Positions 44,945-58,300 of a stretch of 64,000 bases of DNA are shown here, one piece after another (the first letter of the stretch is position 1; every line of letters starts with the position of its first letter). The DNA is taken from the NCBI GenBank assembly GCA_965178125.1, contig OZ237740.1, positions 372,001 to 436,000 of the forward strand. Reading direction: 5' to 3'. The notes beneath the pieces are model-generated. The model ran no database searches. It was not told the origin of the DNA and saw only the letters and a list, made by a program, of their open reading frames with translations. Position numbers and translations under genes: made by a program. The DNA comes from Bilabrum cf. latius (taxonomy: Eukaryota).

Positions 44945-47241
44945 ATCGTTTGCCAAGTTGGAGCGTTTGTCCCAAGTGATCGGCGACTACGCTTCCAATT
45001 TCAACTCGACAATGCTCGAGAAACTGGACGATTAGCTCAGAATCGCCATTGCCAAGCAGGCAAGAAATTCGTCTCAGGCGCAAGGTGGCCTGGACATAGG
45101 TCTGGTACCCCCACTGCTGATCAGACTCGCGATGTTTTCAGGAATGTGCCTGGACGTCGTGGCGGGTCTGTTCAGCATGGGGAAGAAGTATGACCTACCA
45201 TACCTGAACTCTCTCGACTCCCTGGTCGAGCCGGCGAGAGACGGAGAGGTTGAGCAGCGGGCTCCCTCCTTTGGCCTACACAGTGCCCCCCTGCTGGAGG
45301 TGGCAGACTGGGCCCTCAGGTACACCTTGGACAAGATGAAGAGGCTGATTTGGGGCAAGAAGGAACTGCCCAACGAGCTCGAGCGGAACGTATAGCCATT
45401 CCAGCCTCTCGCCACCGATTTGTTTCCCACTTTCCTACAGACAGTATGGAACTCACAGAAGTTCCAAGCAGCTGCTCGAGACCCGCAGACAGGACCCAAG
45501 TTGGCAAACGTGATTATGCCCCCGCCTGGCAAATCACTCGAGATCCCCGGAGATCCGACTCCACCCCCACCCGCAGAACGGGGACCGTCCACCGGGACGG
45601 ATCGTCTCGCTCGAGCAAAGAAGGCGATACCAAAACCCCCAGCATGGCTCATGGAGAGTAAGAACCTGTCAGACTGGGTGCATCTGAAGCTGTAGTAGGC
45701 AGGACCAGAGCGCGTCATCATGGGAGGCAACCATCAGAGCCTGCTCAGGGCTGCAGCAGCGTACGCCTAGTGCGAACGTTTTATGTTGGAGCACGAAGCA
45801 GGCAAACTGTTGGGCGAGACCCCCCTCGACTACACGTGGCAACAACGGCAACAGGTGCAGGACGTGAGGATCGCAATTCGCTCACGCAGGAGTGCACACA
45901 CAGCTGAACCCATCAGGCAGTGCCACGGAGGCATCACTGAGGCAGTCTTCCAACAGGAGGTATGCGCCAGGCTGTACGTGCCCTACGTCAAAGCGCGCCC
46001 CATCGCTCAGCTGCGGACCAAGCTGACGACAGAGGGGCAGCACGACCTCGAGAAGGAGAAGAACCACACGTGCCCGATGCCCAGGTGTGGCAAGGAGGGA
46101 TATTTGCACGACCCACTGCATTGGGCACGGTGCGGATCAGGAAAACAGCACACATTCCAGAAGGGCTTCGCCACGCGAGGCAGTGGGGAAATCGAAGGGA
46201 TCCTCGGCAACATCATCAACACCGCCGTAGGATTTCGTAGAACGATGAAACCACGTGGGCTGTTCAAGGAGAGAGGTAGGTACGCGGACGCGATCTACAC
46301 AAGGAAGGATGGCACCAACGTAGTCGTCGACGTGCTCGTGGCACAAGCACACACGGGCAAGTATGCACGCCACATTTTCGACGAAACGAGGGGACCAGGC
46401 AAGCGGTCGGGGTCAGACTGGCAGAACGAGAGCGCACTATACGCAGGGGCGTAGGTGAAGCTGCAGATGTACTACCAACCCAAGGACTAGACGAGGCTGA
46501 TCGCAGGACAGGTGCCGGTGGGAGGCAACGCGCCCAGCGAGAAGGTCTGCAAACACCTGAAATACCCGGGGAGGTACATTTTCCGGGACTTCGTCGTTCT
46601 ACACACCGGGAAACTAGGAACCGGCGCATGGAAGGTCTTAGAGGAGCTGGCGAGGATCAGGCGAGAGCGAGTTGGGCCAGAGCAGAGCAAGAGCGTGGAC
46701 GCACAGGTCAGGACGTGGGCCAGGCGCATCACGATGAGTTTGGCAACGACACGGGCGAAGTACATGAACGATTATTACAAACATGTTCAGCTGGTTACTA
46801 CGCGCCGTGCCATTGCCGAGGAGGAGAAGAGGAGGGAGGACGCAGAGAGAGCGGAACAGCAACAGGAAGCAGCAGCAGTGGCAGCGGCAGGTGAGGCGGC
46901 AGAGGCCGCAGCACTCGCAGCAGTCGTTGAACAGACCGAAGCTGAAGCCGACCAGCAGCAGGAAGAATTGCCGGTCGCACTCAACCTGCAGGGCGGAATC
47001 CGGGGAGGAGCAGTCGCAGCTGCTGACCCTGGCGAAGCACCTCCTCAAGAGATCGAGCCCGAGGATCCAGGAGCTCCAGCTGCAGCACAACCCCACCACG
47101 GCGGGGTATAGGTGCTTCTGGATCATCCTGAGTGAACTCGGGAGTCTCGATGAGTACCACAGAGATTAAGTGTTGGACGAGGGTCCGATGCGAGATCTCG
47201 AAGGTGACGATGATGATTGAATGTAACGATACGACTTTTCA
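44945..47241 (+). mobile_element. 5'-truncated RLE-type non-LTR retrotransposon (CRE/R2-like), copy 1; ORF to TGA 47133-47135
   Basis: GGLDI thumb motif, CPMPRC...H..RC knuckle, RYAD...VVVDV...K..Y restriction-like endonuclease motifs; flanked by CACGAATG. Confidence 0.8.
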
Positions 47242-47249
47242 CACGAATG

Positions 47250-48936
47250 GACGCACAGGTCAGGACGTGGGCCAGGCGCATCACGATGAGTTTGGCAACG
47301 ACACGGGCGAAGTACATGAACGATTATTACAAACATGTTCAGCTGGTTACTACGCGCCGTGCCATTGCCGAGGAAGAGAAGAGGAGGGAGGACGCAGAGA
47401 GAGCGGAACAGCAACAGGAAGCAGCAGCAGTGGCAGCGGCAGGTGAGGCGGCAGAGGCCGCAGCACTCGCAGCAGTCGTTGAACAGACCGAAGCTGAAGC
47501 CGACCAGCAGCAGGAAGAATTGCCGGTCGCACTCAACCTGCAGGGCGGAATCCGGGGAGGAGCAGTCGCAGCTGCTGACCCTGGCGAAGCACCTCCTCAA
47601 GAGATCGAGCCCGAGGATCCAGGAGCTCCAGCTGCAGCACAACCCCACCACGGCGGGGTATAGGTGCTTCTGGATCATCCTGAGTGAACTCGGGAGTCTC
47701 GATGAGTGCCACAGAGATTAAGTGTTGGACGAGGGTCCGATGCGAGATCTCGAAGGTGACGATGATGCAGACCTGTCCACGGACCCCCGGACTGTCCGGG
47801 GGTCGAAATCCAGTTTCTGGCCCCCGGACAGGACCCCTCGTCCCCTGTCCGGGGGTCGAAAAGTGAAACTCTGAGGGATAAGGTGTACTTTCAAACAGAA
47901 GGCTACAATCGACGTAGAGACATATTCCGGCACTTTCCTCCGGACTCCGAGAGTTATATTGCAAATTTATGGTTGTATCATCATTTGTAGTATCATATAG
48001 ATTGATATTTCTGGTTGTACGCAGTTATAATGCGGTCAATGTTCCTTTGAAAGGCTGAGCAGGTGCCGGGCCCCTGCTCCAGGCCAGTTCTAAGGACCAG
48101 TCACCCCAGCGTGCACACTACCAGCAATTAATAGGGTAAGGTGTGTAAATCAAACATAATTGATGTCCTAGGCTCTGGAATTTCTGTACACAGCAGCCAG
48201 TATGGCGGCTCTCAATTGGCCAGATTGGCCGCCCACAAAGGGTACCACGATATTGACATGCATCAGCATTCACATCATACGAATGGTATATTTGCTACAT
48301 AAAATCCCAATCCAGGGTATCAATAAGTACACAAACCTCACTTATCGTTGAGAACACCAACGCTACTTTCTCAGTGTCCCAAGGGGGTTTACGCCAATGT
48401 ATCTCCATACAGCGACCACCAACGACGAAACATGATTTATTAAACCTATTTAATGATAACCAGTGCATAATTTTGCTAGTTGATCCAGAATTGGTGGATG
48501 CATCTCAGGAGTTGCACCTGGTCTCCACAGGTAGTTGCCGGATTCTGGGCTCAGAAATACTTATTCAACATTACTCAGTACCAACATTATATAATACACT
48601 AATTATATGCGACTGTACGTCTAGTATTGTTTGTTGGATGATATTGGTTGCCTGGGAATGGGAAACGTGTATATCAGAATCGAAGGTTGCGTACTGTTTT
48701 GCGAATTTTTCCGCGGCGCAACTGAGAGTTGAGCGACCGAGTTGATCGACCTTAAATCGCCGCGAGAAGGCCAAATCTGGTCTTATTTTTTGCATAGGAC
48801 AATTATTAGACGAGTTAAGAATTTGACCCCCGGACACGATGTCCAGAAATGGCTGTCCGGGGGTGTCCGGGGGCTGTCCGGGGGTGCCGCTGTGGACAGG
48901 TCTGCGATGATGATTGAATGTAACGATACGACTTTT
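47250..48936 (+). mobile_element. Same RLE element, shorter copy 2, interrupted by hAT element
   Basis: Near-identical to 46698-47241; flanked by CACGAATG. Confidence 0.85.
47768..48904. mobile_element. Non-autonomous hAT-like DNA transposon, 1137 bp
   Basis: 13-bp TIR CAGACCTGTCCAC/GTGGACAGGTCTG, 8-bp TSD CGATGATG, subterminal TGTCCGGGGG repeats. Confidence 0.92.
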
Positions 48937-51900
48937 CACGAATGGCTGTCACACCCCCAAGGTGGGGCCATCAAAGATGACCTCAGAGAACAACGCGATC
49001 AAAAGACCCGCAGCCCCCCCCTAGAGCAAAGGCCAAAGCCTCAAAAGAAAGCAAAAGAAAGAAGAACCCCTCGTCCCAAAGAGGATTTCCGAAACATCAT
49101 GGTGCTACACATACCGAGACGATCACCCTGAGACTCAGCCACTCATCCACCAAAGGACCAGAGGGAAGGAGAGTGAGCCCGAGCCATCCTCGTAAGGACA
49201 GCCGGACCGTCGACACATGCCATCCGCCACCAGCGGGACGTCCATGTACGACGTAGCTACTCCCTTTCACGCAAGACACAGCGAAGCGAAGTCGCCATCT
49301 CACGCGCCCAGATCCTCTCAAGAGTGTGCATGAGCCCTCTAGGGCGAGCCACACGATGTCCCCTGCGATCCTGAGCTCGCATTGCAGCATACAGGTCATC
49401 CGATGAGCTCGCAGTCCAGCCTCGCACCGAGGCCCCAGTCCACCACCTGCAGGCAGTCCAGGACGGAAACGTTCTGATCTTTACACTCAGCTCATCAACC
49501 ACCAGTGTCGCAAGCCGTACCAATCCAACAGAGGCGCTAGAGCGGGCAATTGCTCGGCGCATCTTGGGAATGGTTCGCTCAGCAGCAGCGACTCCACGCC
49601 TGTCCTGCTCCAGAGGTTGTGGGTGAGGTTCAAGACGTAGGCCATGGTCCGCCCATGCCTTCCTTATCTTGCCCTTCTCCTCTGAAGTTCGACTGGCCCA
49701 GTCACCGGAGACCCACTCTGCCTGAAGACCACGTGACTGCAGCGATGACTCTCGGCGAGTCATCTCCACAGCCACCTTGTCAGTCAGCTCTGGAGTAGGG
49801 GAACAGGAACGAGGGTAAATACCCGCACGAACACGAAGGATCAATCGCCCGTCGGAGCCACGCAGTTGCAGTGCTGCAGTGGTAGGCAGTGAACCAGGGC
49901 CGAACACCCCATCAACCTGACCATGGTACTGGTCCAGTGACACTGTCTGTTCTGCATTCTGCTGCCTGATTGCGCTCGCCAGGACGTAACCGGAGTGGCA
50001 TCCAGGGCTCAAGTTCCTGAAAGACCTGATGCTAGAAGCAGACTTCGACGAGTGCCAACGGCGCACCGCTCGATTCAGCTCCTTCTCACCCAGCCAAGTC
50101 ACTCCGTTGTCAACAGATACTCCATTGTCATGAAGGTGAAGCCTGAGAGACGCCGCAGCACTAAGAGGTCCCTGCTGCGACATCTACTGGCACATGTATG
50201 CAGTCCGGATGTAGTGAGATACCACTGGTAGACCCCTCCTATCTGGGGCTCGCATGAGCTCAAAGAGGTCCCGTGCGGTCCTTCCGGCAGCACTCGCAAG
50301 CCATACCTCAGAATCCAACGCCACTTTCGGCAAGCGACGTCCTTCGACGGCAAATGGCATACGGTCAGCCATTCCAGTGGCCAGCATCCACCTCATGCGT
50401 GCCAGGAAACGGTCCACTACACTCAGCACAGCTGCATTCATGATCACGCCGTAGTTCACAGAGATCCGCTGTTCCAGACCTCGGAAGCGTTCCCAGCCAG
50501 TGGCGCATCCAGCAGCACCAATGCCATAGAGCGCGCTTGTGAGCGCTCCAGAATAGAGAATCTGGGAGTGTAGACGAACCGACCAATCACAGTCAACTGC
50601 AGCGCGGGTTATGATGGACGCTTGTTGCATCGCCATTGCCACCCTTCGCCGAACGTGGGGGACCATGTCAATGGCTATCACGTCCCTCTCTTCGTAGCCG
50701 GGCCCAAGCTCTGCTGCTGTGGCATGGATCCTCGTCGTCGATATCAGCAACCCTAGATACACATACGACTTCGCGCGGGGAACGGTCCATGTCTGTTCTA
50801 CCCATGATGGGTTCACTTCCGTGGCTGTACACGCGATATCGTCGTCCCACCCACGGGGAAAGGAGTCGGCTGCAAGTCCAAACGGCATCATGGCAGTCTT
50901 CTTCGCGAGCCCTGATGGACTCACTGGTCGAAATCCAAGCTCAAGTCCGGCCAGTTCGAACAGCTCAGTGACGACCGCGACCACCTGACAGGCCTCCGTC
51001 CATGTCGTTGCTGCCGCTACATAGTCATCTGCATAGCCGCACTGTCCCCAAGGAGTACCTCTACATCCTGGTGACGGTTGTAGTACATGAGAGTGTCCCA
51101 AATCTGAGCGCTCTCTCGCAATGGCCTCGAGGAGGACCCCCATGAAGACGAGGAAGAGCGCCGGTGAGAGTACTTCTCCTTGCGGGGTCCCAGCCTCCTT
51201 CTGGATTGGCCTGGATGTCTTACCAGTTGCTGGGTCCCTGATCCGGACCGAGACCTTCAGTCGTGACAGAAGGAAACCAGTTGCCTGATCTCCCCAGCCC
51301 TGAGCCTTCATGATCGCTTCCATGATATTCCACTGACAGCTGTCAAAAGCACCCTTCAGATCAAAGAAGATAAGGACCCCGCCGTCTAGTCCACGCTGTC
51401 GGACCCACTCAAGCACGGTGCAGTAAGCTTGCTAGCAGTTCTTGCCAACCCGAAACCCAGCTTGGTCGAGGCCGAAGAGTCCATGCTGTTCACAGTACTC
51501 AACGACCTTAGCGTTTGCTACAAGACTGATTGTCTTCGAGAGCACCGAAGCGTAGCAGATAGGTCTGAACTCGTCCACCTTGGGGCTCTAGCCAGGTCGT
51601 GGGTTCTTTGCAACTGGGCGCATAAATGCTGCCTGGAAAACCTCTGGCTAGACCCCGGTCCGCAACATGACGTTGTAGATCCCACGCAGCAAGTGGAGTA
51701 CAACTGCCGGCCGTTTGGATCCTGAGGATTCATGCGGAGCTGCCCTACATCTCTTCAGCAGGGACGGATTGATGTTGTCCGGGCCTGTGGCTTTGTTCTC
51801 GCCAACCACATCGATGGCAGCATCGATCTCACGTACACTGCGGCACCACAGGTTCAGTTCTCGTGATGCTCTAGGCATGCTGCGTTGCACTCTGAGAATG

Positions 51901-54900
51901 AACTCTGTCGGGTCGATCTCCCTCCGGCGTGAGCTGTTCTCGAACTAGTCTGCATGCGCCTCAAGAATGCCGTCAAGGGTGGTGACTGGAGTTCCGTTCC
52001 GTAACACAATCGCCTCTAATCCACTGATGGCCTTGCAGGTCACCTGACGGGCTCTGTCAAGCTGCTCGCGGATGACACGGTACGCCCATCCAATAGGGCA
52101 TGTGTCTAGCTGTTGCCGGAGGACTTCGCCATTGACTCGTGCTCCTTGGGCACCAACATCCGAAGTAGCCTGCAGGTCTGACAGAACATCACGACGGAGG
52201 GTTTCTCTTGATTCAGGGTGCTGAAGGGTCTGCGGGTGGATGTCTCCATCACTCCAGGCCGTACTACGGAAGATCCGACCAAGAGCTTCTTTCAGCTTAG
52301 CCAATTTCAGTCCGCGACGTCGTAGTGAGGCAGCGGCTTTACTTAGGCTTCGCACATCCGGTCGGGACGCAGCACACATGTCCAGAAAATGGTTGGCCGC
52401 TGCAATCCATCCAGCCAAGAGGGTCTTGTTCTTACTCCGACTCTTCTTGTTTCGTAGCTTGCCAGGCCTGCCTCGTCTGCGTCGACTACTCGAGCCAGAA
52501 GCAGGGCTGGTTGTAACTGATTCCACGAATGCAGAGTGGAAGATCTCTCGGAGTGAGCAGACGGACTGCTGAAGCAGGTCGTGGACATGATCGTTCTGAT
52601 GCGGGTCATACTCTCCAAGGTTCCGGATCGTCATGTTGATTTCATCAGATAGGCGCCAGAGCTAGGCAGATGACATCCTCACCAATTCAGAGTATCTAGC
52701 CCAGATTGTATCTTGCACCGACCGACTGGTTGTCCGAAGTCGCTGCATGGCGGTCTGGACTGGCACAGGGTCCTGCACTGGGTGAGGCCGGTCCAGTTGT
52801 GTGTTGTACCCGAATCCAACTGTTGCGTGCACGACAGCATGGTCCCGGAGTTGATCGCTCGATCGGTCAGGGTTGACAACCCCGCTCTCAGCAATGCACC
52901 AGTGTTCCGGGACAATGATCGCATCCAGTATTCCTCCCTTTGCATGGGTGGTGCCCATCGACTGAGACACGCTGGAGGCCAGACATACGGATTTTGGAGA
53001 AGTAGCTGTCAATTCGGTCAGCACCACTGAACTCCCAACTCTGGTCAGGGTTGACATCTCCCATGAAGATACACCGAGAGGGATCAAAGTGCTCTGTCCG
53101 AGTTCGGGTCCCGTTGACAAGGAGGCCCTCATGGGTTACCTGAAGAAGCTAGGTCCAGTTGTCTCGCCACTGTTCTCCAACAACTGCCTTCTGAGGCGGA
53201 TTGTAAACAACCACAGCAGTCAATACATACTGATTGCCCTTGTGGACGTCCGCGATGATGCAGTCTTTGCAGGCATGGTCATCATCAGACAGATTTTCCC
53301 ATCGTCGGAGGCTCAGTCCAGATTCCTTAGAGACGTAAATGCCGACCCCATGAGGGGCACCATCACCCCCACGAGTGATCCCATGATATGCACCGTTTGG
53401 GAGCTGGCAAGATGCCTGATGTCCAAGACCTCTGCCCATATTCTCCACGGTGCCAATGATGTCGGGCCATTTGGCTGCAACCACAGCCCGATGGAGCGCA
53501 CGGGAACTAGGGTTTCGACCAAGGTTGGCGGTCCCGATTGACATCGTGATCTGTTGCTCAGTTCGACGGATTCGGTTGAGGACCAGGTTGCTTTCCGAGG
53601 CCTCTGAACCATCAAGTACCGGAGCACCCGAGGCATGTGACAGGTCCAACGAGTCTGGTTGGGCGATGCGACCGCTTGGATACAGGCCCGAGAGCAGCGT
53701 CGGGATCCAGGTCCTGGTTTTTGGGGCGGCTGAAGGCAGCATTGACTCTAGCACCGTCCTGGTATCCGAGATAGATAGCTCAGGTCCGCTCCAGTCACCT
53801 GTTTTAATGGATACAACCATGGAAGGACTGAATCCAAGCTAGCCTCTGGCAGTGATCGAGGTCTCCACTTTCGATGCCCCGATTTTGCAGGAACCAGCTG
53901 TGTCAAAGACTAGGGCGGCACCCTCACCACAGTTAGTACTGTGCTAGGACGGGACCTCATGCGCAAGCGGAATAAGCACTGAGCAGTGGTCGCGTGCAAT
54001 CACCACATTTAGCGTATCAACAATGTTGCTGTCGCTGTGGGAGTTCCAAGTTCTCTTGATGCGTTGAAGCACCCTCTGTACGGGCCTGTCCTCATCCGTG
54101 AGCGGGGCAAGTCGAATCTACCATGACCTCGTCTTGGCAATCGCCATGAGAAGGAGCAAAAGACCGCGTTGAGAAATACCTTCGCCAATGTCCTGCTCGC
54201 CCACCAGTGCCTTGAAGTCAGCCAGGGGCTGGGTGGTCCCGGTGAGCATGCTCAACGGTACACTTGCACAGCTGTTGACTTCAACAGGAGGTAGCACTTA
54301 AGGCTGCCAATGCTGATTTCGGTGTTTGGCTATGGCAGGCCTGTAAGGAGGACTCGATCGGCACGCCAGATACACCGGCTCAGGTTTCCAGTCGGGCAAC
54401 GCAAGACTTCTCCCAGGTCAGTACCAGCAGATGCCATCACAGTCTTGTATGGGGACAGGAAAATCTGCTCGGCAACTTGGCAGGGGACCGATATAGCTGT
54501 GACCGCTGAGAAGTGGTTGTCCCTCCATCGTATCAGTGCTCTTGGCCCGAGGTCTGAGACCCAGCAGGATGAGTGTGGTCCCCAGTACACAAACTGAGTG
54601 GACTCCGGGCCTTGAACCACCCCTGGGATATGCGACTGGGTCGCCTCAGACACAAGAGACATGAACTACAAGACTGGCCATTCCTGACTCGAGGAGTACA
54701 TGCCGCGAGTTTCGTCGATCATGCCTTTGAGAATCTCCAGAACTCTGACATGGTGAGTTCGCAATCTCTGGCTCTCTTCCTTGCCACGTTCAACCCTAGC
54801 AACCGCATTCTCGGCGAATGTGAGGAGTGTCTGGAAGACTGCATTGTGTTCAGAGTCTCCGTCGCATTCCAGCATAGCTGTAGTTGCCCTGGATTCCAGA

Positions 54901-55394
54901 AGTTGGTACCTGCTTCCCAATAGCAAGATGGGAAGCATGGAGGCTATGGGGAGAGTCAGAAGAAGCTGGGTCGCAGTGTCCAGGTTGCCAAGGTTCAGAC
55001 GGAGTCTGCTGATGTATTCAGCAGACTATCCAGTCTCGCTGTCTCTAGGCCAGATCCAGTCCCGGGCAGATGTGCCCCTTCTCGAACGAAACTGTGTCCG
55101 AAGTAGCTCTGTGACTGTCGATGGGAACGCGATGACCGTGTAGATGTTGGCAAGAGCTGAAGAGATCTAATTCCACCTCAGTTGACCTCGATCCATGTCA
55201 CCGCCAGTCTGGAACTTGACAGCTAGTGCCTGACAGCGGGCTACATTCTGAAAGAACTGGGTGTCGATGGTGAAGCCAGCCAGACGAAGTGCATCAAGAG
55301 CACAGTAACCCCGTCCTTGTTGTCGGCCTGGGACGTCTTGGAAGCCCACACGGTGGGTCGGTGTGGCAAGGACGTCACAAGGCCAAAAAGAACT

Positions 55395-58300
55395 ACAGAA
55401 ATACAGAAATACATTGTTGGGTAAAGATTCCACAAGCACCCAGATGCACCGTTGCCCCCGAAGGAGTTCGAGTGATCACCTGAATCCAGAGGAGTCCTCA
55501 AACAAGGACTACAAGACCCCCGACCCTTTCAGGCCAAAGGCCCCCCAATCTCAGCCTACACCGCCGAGTCCCCTTTATTCGCCATCAATGTGGTCCCCCA
55601 CAAGCCCTCAGCCTGATGCCTTCACAGGGAGAAAGCATACAGGTGCGGAGCATGTGCCCGGCACAAAGCGCGGTCCAGTCCCACATCAGGGTCCCCTGCC
55701 GGGACCCACCATTTCCTCCTCCATGACCGTCTCTGCGTCTCACGGTCCTTCAGAGAGGCTAGCATGCACGCGCTCATGCCTTTGGCCCATTGCCTCTCTA
55801 TGTCCCTTAGCAAGCCGTGGGGCTTAAACATCCGTCGCTGTAGCCGAGCGTTCGCATTGGTTGCCGCTATCAGCTCTTGCGTGGCCGTGGCGGCAAGAGC
55901 AGCCGCCGCATCGCCTCGCATCCACTGCCTGCACGTCAGCTACTCCTGCTAGCGCAGCTGGTTCCTGATCACCTGCACCACTCGGTTGGCCAGCTCCTTG
56001 ATAGCTGTCCGTTCCGATGACCGCGCAATCGTACGCTCTATCCGAGTGAGTGCGTCTTCGACGATTGGCTTGGCCCTGCTGGTGCGCTCCAGCTTCTCGT
56101 CCCAAGGGTCCTGAGCGAGAGCTGTCTTCGCCCATGCTTTCCGGAGAGAGGCAGGGGACCTCCCTCTATTCTGATCCGCATCATCGGGTTGCCACGGTCT
56201 CGTTCCGGCATGATGGTCATGCTCGGCCCGCTCCATCTGCTCTACCGCGGTGCCCATCACTTGAAGGTTGGGCGTGCCCTGTTGCGGGTATTGTCCAGCT
56301 CGGATGCGCAGAATTCGTCTTCCTTGGTGGCCGTACTCCTGCACCACCGCTGCTGTTGGCATGGCTCCTGGTCCGAAGGCATACCGTCCCTTCGTTGCGT
56401 ACCGGTTAAGCATGACCACTCCGAGCGCGGCTCTCTCCCGGTCCCAATCCGACAGTGCCGGATCGTGCGAGCATCCCAGGCTCAGGCTTGTGAACGATCG
56501 GTCAGCAGCTCCGGATTTGGATTTCCTCCACTTTGTGACTTTTTTTGCAGTCTCCTGGCATCCCAGCCAGTCCTTCGCGTCATCGATCCGTTGGGTCCAC
56601 CCTGCCATCTTGATCCTGAATCCCAGTGCCAGCGCGGCCCCGAGTGGGCCTGTCTGTACTGGTGGTCCCTGCAGGAATCGGCCCTGGTGGATGAACCTGG
56701 CCGCAACATCAAGGCCCTTCTTCGAGGGACACTCGATCAGGTCCAGCAGGCCCATAGCAACACGCCCTGCTGCCGATGCCGTCAGCAGCTCAGTGTCCAT
56801 CGCAAGGTTTGGCACGTATCGACCGCCTATGGTGAAGGGCCTTACCTGTGTCGATCCGCTGACAATCATCCAGCGCATATCCAGCAGGAATTTGTCCAGC
56901 ATCTTGAGGACTTCCAGGTTCAGTTCCATCCCGTAGAAAACTTGGGAACCATATCCTAATCCTGACAAGGTGTCCCACCCTGTTGCACATGCCGCTGCCT
57001 CTGCTCCGTAGAATGCACTCGTGATTGCTCCTGCATGGAGCAGCTGGGCGTGCAGGGAGACCGCCCAGTTGCCGTTCACCGCCGCTCGTGTGATGTCCCT
57101 GGCCGCCCGGTACGCCATCGCAATCCTCCTGCGTACGTGGGGTGCCATATCAATTACCCAGATGTCTCTCGCCTGCGTCAGCCCAGCTACTTCATCTGGG
57201 CTGATCCGTACCGGTTGGGTCGAAATGAGTAGACCGAGGTACAGGTAGGATGAGGCAAGTGGGATGGTCCACTCCCCGTCCGCCTCTCCCGCGTCCGCTG
57301 CTCTGCATGCGACGCCCTCTGGCATGTCCCCAGGAATTGAGTCCCGAGCGTAGCCAAAGGCCATGATCGCTGTCTTGGTTCCCTGGCCCGATGCTGTCAG
57401 GGGCTTGATTCCCAGCTACATGCCCGCAAGTGCAAACAGGCTCTTGACTAGCTTCATGACCGCCACTGCTTCGTTCCAGTTCGACGTCAGTGCCACGTAG
57501 TCGTCTGCGTACCCGACTTGTCCACATTCAACGTATCGTCCGGTGTCGGTCACGATCCTTTGATGGTGCCCGTGCTGGAGCCTCTCTTTCCGCAGCGTTT
57601 CCAGGAGAACCCCCATCAGTACCAGGAAGATGGTGGGAGACAGAATCTCGCCCTAGGGGGTGCCCGCCGTCTTCTGCACTCTGGTAGAGACCCTCCTGGT
57701 GAGTGGGTCTCGAACGCGGATGGCCACCTGCATGCGGGCCATGAGAAAGCGGACCGTCTGGCGTCCCCATCCTTGCTCCGTCATGATGGCCTCGATGATG
57801 TTCCACTTGCAACTATCAAATGCTCCTTTGATGTCAAAGAATACCAGAAAACCTCCAGCACCCCTTCGTTGGGTAATCCATTCCATCACCGCTGAGTAGG
57901 CCTGCTGGCAGTTCTTGCCGATGCGAAATCCGGCCTAATCCTGGCCGAAGAGTCCGTGGTTTTCGCAGTACCACATGACCTTCTGGTTTGCGATGGTGCT
58001 CACGACCTTCGAGAGAGACGAGGTCCAGCATATTGGCCTGAATTCGTCGACTCCTGTGACTCCTGTGCCCTGCTTGCGCTTGGAGACCGGCCGCATGAAC
58101 CCCTCCTGAAAGGCCTCAGGCTGAATCCCCGAGAAGAGTGTGAGATTATAAATGGCCCTGAGGAGGTCCAACAGAGCGTCACTTCGCCGCAGACACCCGT
58201 CCTCCTCAGAGCATGGCTAGCATTTGGTCAGCAATTCCGCCCTGATCCCATCAGGTCCCACAGCTTTGTTGTGCTTGAGCTTGTCCAGTGCTTGATCCAC

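Larger units (their letters stand above)
44877..55388 (-). mobile_element. APE-type non-LTR retrotransposon (LINE family 1) with nested insertions in its 3' UTR
   Basis: ORF ~55385-49143 with two frameshifts (~54300, ~52950). APE (TANL, GVGIYV, VYNPP, GDVN, LDAI, DH) and RT (GPD, FRPI, DLKGAFD, GTPQG, YADD, YLG) motifs. (TATTCTGG)n tail at 44877-44898. Confidence 0.88.
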
